A DNA stretch of 64,000 nucleotides from Promethearchaeota archaeon (GCA_048940925.1 JBHLOC010000014.1:34371-98370), one strand, 5' to 3'; shown: positions 9,635-20,386, numbered from the stretch's first letter. The notes: generated by a model not told the origin, from the sequence alone. Translations and numbers: made by a program.

Positions 9635-11380
9635 ATGATAAAAATAGATAATAATAGTATAAAAAAGAAAAAAAGAAAAAAAATTTTAACCGCATGTATT
9701 GGTCAATGTGTTCATGTGGCTGGAGCCCATAATTTTATGAATATAGCAACCCAATTGGGATTTGAGTGTTTGTTTTTAGGACCTGCAACATCAAATTCAG
9801 TAATTATTGATAAACTAAAAATCTTAAAACCAGATATATTAGGGCTTAGTTATAGGCTAACACCTTCTACTCTTAGACCAATACTTCAACAATTTAAAGA
9901 AAAATATGAAAAATTGAAAGAACAACCTCAACAACTATTTTTTGCTGGTACTCCTGAAGTAGTTAAAGTTGCAAAAGAATTTAGCTTTTTCCATCAATAT
10001 TTTATTGGTGGAGAATCAAAATATAAAATAATCTCTATTTTAAGAAAAGAGTTAGTACCTTCTGAAGAAAAATTAAAAGTTCCAATGAATTTAATTTTCC
10101 GGATAAAATGGAAGAAACCATATCCTGTAATAAGGGCTCATTTTGGATTACCAAGTATGAAAGCTACATTAAAAGGGATACAAAAAATTGCAAATGCAGA
10201 GATTTTAGACATAATCTCAATTGCTCCCGATCAGAATACTCAGGCAAACTATTTTCATCCCAAAGACCAAGTCAGAGATCTATCTGGTGCAGGAGGGGTC
10301 CCTATCAAGACTAAAAAAGATTTTTTAAATTTACATAAATCTAGATTAACAGGAAATTATCCTCTGCTACGAATCTATGCTGGTACTCGTGATTTTATAA
10401 AGTTAGCTGAATTATACAGAGAGACTATCCATAATGCTTGGGGTGCTATTCCGATCTTTTGGTTTAATCAAATGGATGGAAGAGGTCCATTAACATTAAA
10501 AGAATCAATAAAGCAACATTTAAAGGCTATAAAATGGCATGGTGATAATGACATTCCCGTTGAAATCAATGATCCTCACCATTGGAGTTTAAGAGATGCC
10601 CCAGATGCTATTGCAGTTGCTGATATGTATCTATGTGGGATAATAGCTAAAAGATTAGGGGTAAAACATTTCATTGCACAATATATGTTTAATACACCTC
10701 CTTCAAGCTCATTAGATATGGATTTAGCCAAGATTTTAGCAAAAGATGAATTACTTCACACTTTAACAGATAAAACTTTTTCTGTAATTAAACAGGTAAG
10801 AAGTGGATTAGCCAGTTTTCCACTGGATTTAGATAAGGCAAAGGGGCAATTAGCAGCAGCAACTATGGTTCAATTAGCAATAAAACCAGATATAGTTCAT
10901 GTAGTTAGTTATTCAGAAGCTATTCATGCTGCTCTTCCTGAAGATGTAATCGAAAGCTGTAAAATAGTGGATCAAGTTATAAATAGAGTTTATTCAAGTG
11001 AAATTAACATTATTGATAATAAAATAAAAAAAAGGAAAGAAGAATTAATTAAACATGCAAAATGGATAATTAATTTAATACCTCATATGGCTAAAGATAA
11101 AAATGAACTTAAAAATCCATATACTAATTATAAAGTTTTAAATCGTCTAGTGAAATATGGAATATTTGATGCCCCGCATCTAAGAAACAACAAATATGCG
11201 TTAGGGAAAATTACTACCAAAATAATTAATGGGGCATGTTTTTCTTGGGATGATTCAAGGCAGAAAAAATATGATGAAATCGAAAGAATTAAAAACATTA
11301 TCTTTGATCTCCCTGATACTAAATTATCTAAATTGTTAAAACATAAGGAAAAATCTATCTCGGGGGTGATGGATGAATGA
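9635..11380 (+). CDS. Cobalamin-binding domain protein with an uncharacterised C-terminal catalytic domain (mutase-like)
   Basis: N-terminal B12-binding fold with CVHVAG (variant of DxHxxG), FLG, PDILGLSYRL and FAGT; about 430-aa C-terminal domain. Confidence 0.78.
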   Translation: MIKIDNNSIKKKKRKKILTACIGQCVHVAGAHNFMNIATQLGFECLFLGPATSNSVIIDKLKILKPDILGLSYRLTPSTLRPILQQFKEKYEKLKEQPQQLFFAGTPEVVKVAKEFSFFHQYFIGGESKYKIISILRKELVPSEEKLKVPMNLIFRIKWKKPYPVIRAHFGLPSMKATLKGIQKIANAEILDIISIAPDQNTQANYFHPKDQVRDLSGAGGVPIKTKKDFLNLHKSRLTGNYPLLRIYAGTRDFIKLAELYRETIHNAWGAIPIFWFNQMDGRGPLTLKESIKQHLKAIKWHGDNDIPVEINDPHHWSLRDAPDAIAVADMYLCGIIAKRLGVKHFIAQYMFNTPPSSSLDMDLAKILAKDELLHTLTDKTFSVIKQVRSGLASFPLDLDKAKGQLAAATMVQLAIKPDIVHVVSYSEAIHAALPEDVIESCKIVDQVINRVYSSEINIIDNKIKKRKEELIKHAKWIINLIPHMAKDKNELKNPYTNYKVLNRLVKYGIFDAPHLRNNKYALGKITTKIINGACFSWDDSRQKKYDEIERIKNIIFDLPDTKLSKLLKHKEKSISGVMDE

Positions 11381-12483
11381 AATTCTGTGTAATTGGAGCT
11401 GGAAATGGTGGTCGTGCATTTGCAGCCTATATTTCTTCCATGGGACATCCTGTAAACCTATATAATCGTTCATTTTCAAGAATTGCAGATATAAAAAAGA
11501 AAGGTGGTATTAAAGCATTAGGAGAGATAAAAGGATATTTTCCATGTAGTTTAATTACCCTGGATTTAGAGTTAGCAGTAAGAGATGTTGATGTCATATT
11601 AATAGTAGTCCCAGCTTCAGCACATAAAGATATCGCTGAAAAAATTGTACATTATCTCTCTCAAGATCAAATAATACTGCTAAATCCTGGACGAACTTTT
11701 GGTGCTGTTGAATTTCGACGAATAATTGAAAAGAAAGGAATATCATTTCCTATTTTCATTGCTGAAACTCAAACACTACTTTTTACTTCAAGACAATTAA
11801 AAAAGAATGGAGTAAAAATCCTAAAAATTAAAGAACTTGTCGATTTTGCAGCTTTTCCTAATAAAGATACTTTTTTTGTGTATGATACTTTAAAAGATAT
11901 AATTCCTCAATTAAATCCCGTGGATGATTATCTTGAAATGACATTAAATAATATTGGAATGTTGTTGCATCCAACTGTTTCACTACTTAATGCAGGTGCT
12001 ATGGATTGTGGGAAAGAATTTAAATTTTATGCAGAAGGTGCAACTTCTCAAATTTGTGAGATCCTTGAAATAATTCAAGATGAATTCAATAGAATCTTTG
12101 AAATTTTAGGATTAAAACAATTTAGATTTTGTAAGTGGGTAAATAAATCTTATGGAGTCAAACAGAAATGCATATATGATGCTATTCAGAATATAAATGC
12201 ATATGATAATATCAATGCACCAAAACAGTTAATCACAAGATATTTCACTGAAGATGTACCGACAGGATTGGTGCCAATTTCGTCTTTAGCTAAGCTTTTA
12301 GAAGTTGAAACACCCCTAATAGATTCTGTAATAAATCTTTCTTCAATATTATGTGGAATTGATTTCAGGAGTGAAGGTAGGACTATTGAAGAATTAGAAA
12401 TTATAGATTATATTAAGAAGAGAGCAGTAAGTAAACAAGAAATATGTAACTTAGAACAATCCTCAATTAAAACTAAAATTTGA
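11377..12483 (+). CDS. NAD/NADP octopine/nopaline (opine) dehydrogenase family protein
   Basis: GAGNGG Rossmann motif, LNPGRTFG, AETQTL, NNIGMLLHP, RYFTEDVPTGLVP; ATGA overlap with the upstream gene. Confidence 0.88.
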   Translation: MKFCVIGAGNGGRAFAAYISSMGHPVNLYNRSFSRIADIKKKGGIKALGEIKGYFPCSLITLDLELAVRDVDVILIVVPASAHKDIAEKIVHYLSQDQIILLNPGRTFGAVEFRRIIEKKGISFPIFIAETQTLLFTSRQLKKNGVKILKIKELVDFAAFPNKDTFFVYDTLKDIIPQLNPVDDYLEMTLNNIGMLLHPTVSLLNAGAMDCGKEFKFYAEGATSQICEILEIIQDEFNRIFEILGLKQFRFCKWVNKSYGVKQKCIYDAIQNINAYDNINAPKQLITRYFTEDVPTGLVPISSLAKLLEVETPLIDSVINLSSILCGIDFRSEGRTIEELEIIDYIKKRAVSKQEICNLEQSSIKTKI

Positions 12484-13384
12484 ATTTACGAAGATTCTCT
12501 ATAATATTAAAATGTAAATTAGAATTAGACGCAACTAATCCAGGCGCGTCACAAATCAGTTTATCCCTTAAGAAGCGGACTGGTGCTCCATTTAAATCCG
12601 ATATTTTTCCTCCTGCTTCTTTTACAATCAAGACTCCAGGAGAGAAATCCCAAGAGTATGAATGAATCTCATCGATAGGTTTTAAGTATATATCTGCGCT
12701 TCCATCAGCAACTTTACAAAATTTAGACATACTATCGATTTGAATCTTTTTTTTTATGCCAACTAATTTAGCAAATTCCTCAACCCAGGGTTTATCATAA
12801 TGTAGTGAACGACATAATGTAGATTCTTCAAGGTTATCTTGATTGCTAACTTTTATCGATTTGAACTCATTTTTGCCATACGCCGCCTTTGCTCCCTTTC
12901 CTTTTTCAGCTATGAAAATTGCCTTTCTTTTTTTATTGTAATTTGGTATTCCTATTACTGCAATTTTTTGATCTGATTCTTTGAGAAAACTAATACCTAC
13001 AGCATAAACTAAACCTTCGAGAAATCCCTGAGTACCATCAATAGGATCTATAGTCCATTGACGATCAGTATTTGATCCTTTATAATTTAATACTTCTTTA
13101 AAATCAAAATTATCTTCAAGATGTAATTCATTGAAGCAGTTTAGAATTACTTTGCTTGTCTGATTATCAATAAAAGTATCACCCTCTTCTGCTATAATTA
13201 GATCTTCAGGAAAAGTCTTCTTGATATTCGAAACAATTAAAATTTGTGAAGCAATATCTGCCGTTGTCACAGGAGATTCATCTAATTTTTGAAATGATCT
13301 AAAGCCATTAATTCTAAACCAATTTATTACTTTAAGGGCATCTTTTACAATTTTAATTGCTAACTTTAATTCTGTTTGATACAT
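12473..13384 (-). CDS. Inositol monophosphatase / 3'(2'),5'-bisphosphate nucleotidase family
   Basis: SPVTTAD, IIAEE, IDPIDGT and WD..PG motifs. Confidence 0.88.
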   Translation of the reverse strand: MYQTELKLAIKIVKDALKVINWFRINGFRSFQKLDESPVTTADIASQILIVSNIKKTFPEDLIIAEEGDTFIDNQTSKVILNCFNELHLEDNFDFKEVLNYKGSNTDRQWTIDPIDGTQGFLEGLVYAVGISFLKESDQKIAVIGIPNYNKKRKAIFIAEKGKGAKAAYGKNEFKSIKVSNQDNLEESTLCRSLHYDKPWVEEFAKLVGIKKKIQIDSMSKFCKVADGSADIYLKPIDEIHSYSWDFSPGVLIVKEAGGKISDLNGAPVRFLRDKLICDAPGLVASNSNLHFNIIENLRKFKF

Positions 13385-13479
13385 CGATATTTATCTGATA
13401 GTTTATTGAAATATTAAATAATGAATAGATAATGGAATAAAAAGCACATTCTTTATAATTTATATATAAATAATAATAG

Positions 13480-14232
13480 TTATTCTTTCTTTAGATTTTT
13501 TGAATTTTGTTTGTATAGACAAAGCCATACGAAATTATTAAGAATTTCTTCCCCAGTCTCTCTCATTTTAGCAATAATTCTTTCATCATAAATACTTGAA
13601 CGAAAATGATAAGCTTCATGAGTCTCAGGATGAAATTGGAGTCCAAATACCGTCTTATTTCTATGGCGGATATATTGTATTAATTTATATCTTTTTATTC
13701 TGGTTATAGAATTTATTTCAAAAGTATTTTGAATTTTTGAATCATTAGGTGAGATAAAATCTCTGTGAAATACATCAACGGGTATATTTTTTTTTGTTAT
13801 AAGATCATCAGTTTTTTTCATTAGAATAAATATAATCCTCCCCCCTAATAAACCAGGAATTCGCATTCTACATACTTGACCATCAAATGCGTATGCAATT
13901 ATGTGAAATCCAAAACATATACCTAAAATTGGGATATTATTAAATGATCTTATTAATTCTATTTCTTGATCAAAGTATTTTATCAATTTATCATTATAAT
14001 AAAAATCAGAAACATTTAAGCTAGAACCAGATAAAATGATACCAATACTATCCTCCAAATCTCTTAAATCTAATTTTGAAAAATGAATGGTCTTAATCTC
14101 AACATTAGCTAAACTTTCATTCACAATTGATTCAATTCTCGATATTCTGTCTGTTGGAAAGCCAAGAGGATAATTATCAATAAGGAAAATCCTTTTTTTA
14201 TCTTCTTCAATAAAATCACTACGTTCTTCCAT
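13480..14232 (-). CDS. Class I glutamine amidotransferase / gamma-glutamyl hydrolase-like protein
   Basis: IILSGS, PILGICFG (catalytic Cys) and GLQFHPE (His-Glu). Likely ATG at 14232, behind GAGGGG. Confidence 0.85.
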   Translation of the reverse strand: MEERSDFIEEDKKRIFLIDNYPLGFPTDRISRIESIVNESLANVEIKTIHFSKLDLRDLEDSIGIILSGSSLNVSDFYYNDKLIKYFDQEIELIRSFNNIPILGICFGFHIIAYAFDGQVCRMRIPGLLGGRIIFILMKKTDDLITKKNIPVDVFHRDFISPNDSKIQNTFEINSITRIKRYKLIQYIRHRNKTVFGLQFHPETHEAYHFRSSIYDERIIAKMRETGEEILNNFVWLCLYKQNSKNLKKE

Positions 14233-14245
14233 AATAAATCCCCTC

Positions 14246-14623
14246 TTATGAATAACTATTAATAAGTCTTTTATCAGGATAATAAACAAAGCATTCTATT
14301 TCACTTCCTTTTTGAGTGATCACTTTCACTAAAATTCTGTGATATAAAGAACCTTCTCCTTCAATAAGATCTAATGAATTAAATAATTCATTATCTATTC
14401 CATAGTAAATTTCTCCACTTACTTTTGAGTCTTGATCACGAATGATGAAAGGAAATCCCAATGAAGGTGGGGAAACTTTCCTGTGCTTTGGTAATACTGC
14501 TTTCTCAAATTTTAAATGCTGGAGAATATAATGTCTACTCTGACCTTGCTGCAATGTGCCATAAACAAAAAGCTTATCACAAATTAATTTAATATCTTCC
14601 TTATCTTTCATTTTTTTATGCAT
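14246..14623 (-). CDS. Gamma-glutamylcyclotransferase (AIG2-like)
   Basis: LFVYGTL, V.GEIY and LDLIEG..Y.R motifs. Confidence 0.88.
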   Translation of the reverse strand: MHKKMKDKEDIKLICDKLFVYGTLQQGQSRHYILQHLKFEKAVLPKHRKVSPPSLGFPFIIRDQDSKVSGEIYYGIDNELFNSLDLIEGEGSLYHRILVKVITQKGSEIECFVYYPDKRLINSYS

Positions 14624-14647
14624 AAAATATATTAAAAATATATACTA

Positions 14648-16108
14648 TTAGAAAAAATCCCCAAATAATCTATCAAGTAATGATTCAGAATCTGACTGCA
14701 CCCTAAGTATTCTATCATTCTCATTCAATGGTATTTTAAGATTTTGAACAATAAGATTATTTACTACTTTTATACCCTTAAAATTAGTGACTAATCCATC
14801 GATCTCATCGTAAGAGAAATTATACTTAGCTGATAAAGTTCCTCGAACTTGAGCACCACTCGTAATTTTATATTTATTTCCTTTTCGATCACTTACGATT
14901 CTTGGATCTACTAATTCAACAATCGCCTGAGTTCTTCCTTGTTGTCTCAATTTTTCAATCTTTCTCGATTTGTATTCGATATCAAGGCTTTTTTGAAGCA
15001 ACTCAGCTTTAAATTTTTCATTTGATAAATTCTTTATAGAAATTCCTAAATAATCTTGATATTTCATTGTTTCTTCCAACCATCTTGAGACACTAGTTTC
15101 CAGAGACTCCCTAGTTCCATTGTTCCTCTGAAAAATAGATTTAAATCCATTTGCAATTGCATTTTCTACATTCATTTTATGATAAGAATCTTCAACGATC
15201 TCTCCAGTTGAATGAAGATAAACAGCATGAAGTGCAGAAACGCAGCAGAGGTATGCTAAATCTAATAAGTCATTAACGTTATGTTGTACATCGATAATGC
15301 GAACCTCTACACGATTTCTACTTGGTAACTCATCATTATCTTCACTAATATTTGTAAATGGTCCTCTTGGTGTTATATCTACAAGACGTTCTCCTCGGCT
15401 ATTTGTAATAATTTTTTTTGAGAATTCATCTTCTTCATAACCTATTTTAAGTGTGTATCTCATACGGCCATAATAACGCATTGGAACTAAAGCTGGGCGA
15501 TTTTCAGGGACTTCAATCACAGCAAAGCCATTTCTTTTTAGGACACTACTATTAGCACATCGATTACTAGCAATATTCGTAATATTACCTCTAAAAATAG
15601 GAGAATTAGCCGAAATTGAAATTAATTCGGGAAGATAATTCCAGAGATAGTTATAAACGGTTTTTAATTCCTCAGGGGTCATCAAACTACCTTTTCTTTG
15701 AACTGATACATTAATATGTGTTCCAGAAATGGGATTAGGATCACTTTGTATTGGGTGAAGACTTTGAGCTAATATTTTTACACCTATTTGTTTTGCTGCC
15801 TCTGTTACCAATTTTCTACCCTCTAATATTGCTTGTTGTAAGGATGCTGGTGGTAATGGTAATGTAACGTATTCTATTTGTGATGGAGACGGTTCAGCAT
15901 CTAATCCTCGTATTTTGACTTGGAGTGAATTCAAAAATTTTGTATCTTTTTCAAGAATCTCAGCAGATTTTACCATTATATCATCTGCTGCTTTTGCTAA
16001 CGTTCCATTTTTATTAATAATAAGGAATTCTTCCTCAATTCCACATAAAACTTGATATTCTGTATATAAATCTTGCTCTAGTTCTTTTTTTTTTTCATGG
16101 AATAACAT
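14648..16108 (-). CDS. Glutamate--cysteine ligase family 2 (GCS2) carboxylate-amine ligase
   Basis: GIEEEFLI, E….QIEYVT, GTHINVS, SANSP and RVEVRIID motifs. Confidence 0.82.
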   Translation of the reverse strand: MLFHEKKKELEQDLYTEYQVLCGIEEEFLIINKNGTLAKAADDIMVKSAEILEKDTKFLNSLQVKIRGLDAEPSPSQIEYVTLPLPPASLQQAILEGRKLVTEAAKQIGVKILAQSLHPIQSDPNPISGTHINVSVQRKGSLMTPEELKTVYNYLWNYLPELISISANSPIFRGNITNIASNRCANSSVLKRNGFAVIEVPENRPALVPMRYYGRMRYTLKIGYEEDEFSKKIITNSRGERLVDITPRGPFTNISEDNDELPSRNRVEVRIIDVQHNVNDLLDLAYLCCVSALHAVYLHSTGEIVEDSYHKMNVENAIANGFKSIFQRNNGTRESLETSVSRWLEETMKYQDYLGISIKNLSNEKFKAELLQKSLDIEYKSRKIEKLRQQGRTQAIVELVDPRIVSDRKGNKYKITSGAQVRGTLSAKYNFSYDEIDGLVTNFKGIKVVNNLIVQNLKIPLNENDRILRVQSDSESLLDRLFGDFF

Positions 16109-16209
16109 AACATCCCAACCTTATTCCCATATTTAATTTCTTGTGATATTAAATAAAAATAATCTTAAAAAATTATTAATTGATTAATTTTTAAGATAAT
16201 TAAGAATTT

Positions 16210-17568
16210 TTATTTGAACATCTCCATAAAAGCTCCAAGACGGGTTTTTACTTGTTCAACATTTTCCCCTATCTTATTAAAAGTGATAGCTATACTTGGG
16301 ATTTCAAGTTCCTTTCGAATTTTTTCCTTTAACATAGTAAAACAGTTCGATATAGAATGGCAACCAAAAAGCTGGATAAAGACAAGTCCTTCTGCGTTTA
16401 ATTTTTCTGCCGTCCTTAAATAAGAGTCTGTTAATACATCATTATCACATCCTATACCATTAGTAGTAGCATTCATCAAATAATGAGCATATGCCTCAAC
16501 AGGGTCTGTTATTTTTCTAATAGGAATTTCCTCTAACATTAATAGCATATCCCAATCCGCGTACAACGCCCGGCCACCGAGTTCATAAATAATTTCATGA
16601 CTTTTTGGTTCCCATCCTCCAAACATAGGAGTAACTAAGATTCGTGGCATTTTACTGACATCCATTCCTATTTTATTTCTGATTCTCGCTTTCATTTCAT
16701 TTACTAATGATGCTAAATTATTTCGATATCTAATCGCATTAGAATTGTAATCCTGAAAACTGTTATTTAAAATTACTAATATTTCACTAAATGTTGCAGG
16801 ATTACATGGATAAAAATCAGAAGGACTTATATCGTACAGGATTGTTTTATAATAATTTCTAATATCATTAGCAATTTCAAAATGATTTTTTAAAATGCGT
16901 CTATCGTAAGTATTTCCACTTATTTTCTCTAATTCTTTAATCCCGCTATATATATTTTCTGTTAATAGTTCTACAGCATTACCAATATTCCTCGGAGGGA
17001 TATCAATCCAAATTTGTTTGGAAGGATTATCAATTGTTTTTAAGGATTCTAAGTATTTATTCCAGGCACTACATCTTATAGTGTAATTTAAATTAGCATC
17101 GTAATTTTTTCCTTTTGAAACATGCATTCCATAAAGTGATTTTATTCCATAACAAAAATCGGTAGGAATACCATTTTCAATTCCAATATCATACATTTCA
17201 TTGTATTTATCATTTACAGTATCAATTACATTATCAATAATTTCATCAACTATTTTGTTTATATCCCCAATACCAAGATTTTTTATAAAACCTAAGAAAT
17301 TGGCGACATTTTTCCAACCAAAAATGTTTGAAGCAGAACCTAAATATGTTAGATATTTATGTATTTTGAAGTTATGTGTCCTAATCGGGAATACAGGAAC
17401 TAAATCAGGAAAACCATAAATTAAATCTGAAAGAGGTAATGCCACAGAAATTAATTTCTTTTTTTCTCGGAACTTCTTTCTTTTTAAATAATCTCTCCCT
17501 GTTAAAAGGTTGTACGCTATTCTCAGTACAGAACTAAATCGAACAATATCATCAGCAATAAGACTCAT
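16210..17568 (-). CDS. 2-hydroxyacyl-CoA dehydratase subunit (HgdA/FldB-like)
   Basis: Cys motifs FCYG, RCSAW and FGCHS; C-terminal QVKTRLGAFMEM; in an operon with the second subunit and the activator. Confidence 0.8.
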   Translation of the reverse strand: MSLIADDIVRFSSVLRIAYNLLTGRDYLKRKKFREKKKLISVALPLSDLIYGFPDLVPVFPIRTHNFKIHKYLTYLGSASNIFGWKNVANFLGFIKNLGIGDINKIVDEIIDNVIDTVNDKYNEMYDIGIENGIPTDFCYGIKSLYGMHVSKGKNYDANLNYTIRCSAWNKYLESLKTIDNPSKQIWIDIPPRNIGNAVELLTENIYSGIKELEKISGNTYDRRILKNHFEIANDIRNYYKTILYDISPSDFYPCNPATFSEILVILNNSFQDYNSNAIRYRNNLASLVNEMKARIRNKIGMDVSKMPRILVTPMFGGWEPKSHEIIYELGGRALYADWDMLLMLEEIPIRKITDPVEAYAHYLMNATTNGIGCDNDVLTDSYLRTAEKLNAEGLVFIQLFGCHSISNCFTMLKEKIRKELEIPSIAITFNKIGENVEQVKTRLGAFMEMFK

Positions 17569-17571
17569 ATT

Positions 17572-18708
17572 TTATATCATCTCCAAAAAAGCTTCTATTC
17601 TTGTTGAGAGTTGTCCGCGATTTGCTTTGGAATAATCTCTTTCGAGATTTAATACTTGTATTCCTTTTTTTTGTAAAATATCTTTAAAATGCACAGACAT
17701 AATAGAGAAATGATCGCAAAATTTTATAATGTGATTAATAACTCCCAATTTTCTTCCTGTTTTTTCTAAATGCTCATTGTAAATTAACTCAATTTGCTTA
17801 ATTTTATTCTCTAAAAAATTAGGAACAGAATGATCTCCAAAATCGTTTTCCTTAAAACGTTGAACTAATAAATCATATGGGTCCTCACTAGATTCTAAGC
17901 TTTTATTATTGAAAATTTGTGAATAATAAGTATTTCCTATCCATGTGTCAAAAAAAATTATATTTCCTCCTCCTTCTTCAACTAAATCAATAAGATAATC
18001 ATTTATAAAGACAGAACCTCCAGTCAATAAAATATCCTTAGAATCATTAGAATTTAAAAATTGATTCTCATTTAGCTTATGAATTTCTGATTCTAATTCT
18101 GATAAAAAATGTGGACCATAAAGCATTGCCTTTTGAATGATTTTTAACTTGTCTGAACCCTTTATCCTTAAATTACTAAAATCTAACAATTTTTGTTTAA
18201 AATCATTATATCTTTTAATGCTCTCCAATATGTCTTCATTCTTTATTTTATTTCTAATAATTTTCTCTAATTGTTTTTTAAAATCCAGTAATTCTAACTT
18301 AAAATATGTCAAGCTGTTCTTATTTTTAGTATATGATATATAGAAATTCAAACGAGGAATTTGAAAATACTTAGAAATTATCTCTGAAGCACATATATCA
18401 CTTACACAATGATTTGACACAATAAAATAATCGACTAAATCTAAGAACTCATAGTGACTAGGTTTTAATATAAATAATCCAATGCAAGATTGGGCAAATG
18501 AACACGTTGATGGAGGGAGAAAATCATGACTAGCATCCATTAAATCGTCAGTACCAGCAAATATTAATCTAAGAGGGAAAAATCCTGCTGCGTCTATTAA
18601 TTCTTCAGGAATATTATCGTGCGATATAAACGCGATGATTTTTTTTCCTTCTGCTTTTCTTTCTTTAAGAAATAATGTGAATTCAGATAATAGGTTTAAA
18701 TCATCCAT
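17572..18708 (-). CDS. 2-hydroxyacyl-CoA dehydratase subunit (HgdB/FldC-like)
   Basis: PEELIDAAGFFP, TCSFAQSC, IKFCD and GQLSTRIEAFLEMI motifs. Confidence 0.87.
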   Translation of the reverse strand: MDDLNLLSEFTLFLKERKAEGKKIIAFISHDNIPEELIDAAGFFPLRLIFAGTDDLMDASHDFLPPSTCSFAQSCIGLFILKPSHYEFLDLVDYFIVSNHCVSDICASEIISKYFQIPRLNFYISYTKNKNSLTYFKLELLDFKKQLEKIIRNKIKNEDILESIKRYNDFKQKLLDFSNLRIKGSDKLKIIQKAMLYGPHFLSELESEIHKLNENQFLNSNDSKDILLTGGSVFINDYLIDLVEEGGGNIIFFDTWIGNTYYSQIFNNKSLESSEDPYDLLVQRFKENDFGDHSVPNFLENKIKQIELIYNEHLEKTGRKLGVINHIIKFCDHFSIMSVHFKDILQKKGIQVLNLERDYSKANRGQLSTRIEAFLEMI

Positions 18709-18821
18709 TTTTTAAATTTTGATTTTATGAATTATTTATCAAAAAAGAGTGAATTCCTCATAAAACTTTTCTGTAAAAATAATAAATAGTTCTTTTATTA
18801 ATTTAAGATTAAATAATTTAG

Positions 18822-19598
18822 TTATTTACTTTGTTCTTGAGCAATTAAAGCAGCTCCAATTGCTCCAGTTAATTGAGGATATTGTGGTTTCACTATTTCG
18901 AATCCAAATTCTTCTTCTAGATATTTCTTGACTGCTACATTTTTTGCCACACCACCGCAAAAAACTAATAGGGGGCAAACACCTATCCGTTTTGCCATAC
19001 CTGAGACTCTTTTTGCGATGGATTTATGGATTCCTGCTGCAATATCTTGTTTTGAAGTTCCCCTTGCAAATAATGATATTACCTCACTTTCAGCAAAAAC
19101 CGTACAAGTTGAACTTATTGATGCTGGATTAGTTGATTGTAAGGCTAATTCACCAATCTGCTCAATTGGGACCTCTAAAGCACTAGACATCACCTCAATA
19201 AAGCGACCTGTTCCTGCTGCACACTTATCATTCATCTGAAAATCAATAACATTTCTAGTTTTATTAGACATTAAGATAGCTTTACTGTCTTGCCCTCCAA
19301 TATCTATCACCGAACGGGCTTCCGGAAAGAAAAATTGTGCTCCGCGTGCATGTGCCGTGATTTCTGTAATACGATCATCAGCAATATCAATTGTATTTCG
19401 TCCATATCCAGTACTCATGACATATACTTCATTTTTATTTAAATTATTCTTTTGCATGATGTCATTGAATAAATTATGACCGATCCTCTTAAAATCGAAA
19501 GTTGATCGTTCTGTTCGATGATCGATTAACTTATCTTCATTGATTAACACTATTTTAGTCGCTAAAGATCCTATATCAATTCCTACAAATGTCTTCAA
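18822..19598 (-). CDS. 2-hydroxyacyl-CoA dehydratase activator (HgdC/BadF-type ASKHA ATPase, [4Fe-4S])
   Basis: GIDIGS..TK, TGYGR, IDIGGQDSK, MNDKCAAGTGRF, STCTVFAESEV and GGVAKN. Confidence 0.93.
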   Translation of the reverse strand: MKTFVGIDIGSLATKIVLINEDKLIDHRTERSTFDFKRIGHNLFNDIMQKNNLNKNEVYVMSTGYGRNTIDIADDRITEITAHARGAQFFFPEARSVIDIGGQDSKAILMSNKTRNVIDFQMNDKCAAGTGRFIEVMSSALEVPIEQIGELALQSTNPASISSTCTVFAESEVISLFARGTSKQDIAAGIHKSIAKRVSGMAKRIGVCPLLVFCGGVAKNVAVKKYLEEEFGFEIVKPQYPQLTGAIGAALIAQEQSK

Positions 19599-19678
19599 GA
19601 TTCATCTTTTCTAAAAAGTTGTTATGTAGGAAAATGTTAATTAAAAATTAAAATCTTTGCCTAGATTCCTTATAAAAT

Positions 19679-20386
19679 TTATTGAAGTAAGAAAATTGAG
19701 ATAAGGAGGGTTATAAAAAATGCAAATGCCATCTGTAGGATATTTTTTATTATAGATTCCCTTGATACAATTCCTAGAAAGATCCCAAGTAAAATTATAC
19801 ATATTAAAATGATGAAAAATGAAATAATAAAAGTTGATAAACTTGCTGACGAGACTAAGAAAAAAGGAATTAATGGTACCACACCTCCTAAAAACGGAGA
19901 ACCACCATTAATAAATGAAACAACTATACTAGCAAAATTTTCGGCTTTTTCTCGAAGTTTTCTGATCCGTCTCTTCTTTCTTTTCAATTGAATCTTTTTT
20001 TTTTGACCGATATTATGATTTATTTTCATAAGCATTGCTTTTTCAATTTCGTTTATCTCTAATTCTCCTTTTTTAAGTAGCTCATCCTCTTCATTTATTA
20101 CCATAGCTTTATTTAATTCTTCCTTTATTTTTTTTTGTTCTGCTTTTTCGGAAAGATATGAGCCAGTTATGCCTGAAATCAACATAGATATTGAGGAACC
20201 TAGCCCTGTTAAAATGACAATATGACTTTCTATAGTAGCTTGCCCTCCCTTTAAGACTAATACAAAAAATCCCAATAATATGCCTAAAACTGTTAACATA
20301 CCATCATAAAAATTATTTACAAAATAACGTCGAGCAATTGCCCATAAATTCGTTATTTTTGCGTATATTCTAATTCTTTTAAACAT
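19679..20386 (-). CDS. VIT1/CCC1 family transporter
   Basis: RRYFVNNFYDG.LT.LG, GSYLSEKAE and GGVVPLIPF; several TM segments. Confidence 0.8.
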   Translation of the reverse strand: MFKRIRIYAKITNLWAIARRYFVNNFYDGMLTVLGILLGFFVLVLKGGQATIESHIVILTGLGSSISMLISGITGSYLSEKAEQKKIKEELNKAMVINEEDELLKKGELEINEIEKAMLMKINHNIGQKKKIQLKRKKRRIRKLREKAENFASIVVSFINGGSPFLGGVVPLIPFFLVSSASLSTFIISFFIILICIILLGIFLGIVSRESIIKNILQMAFAFFITLLISIFLLQ

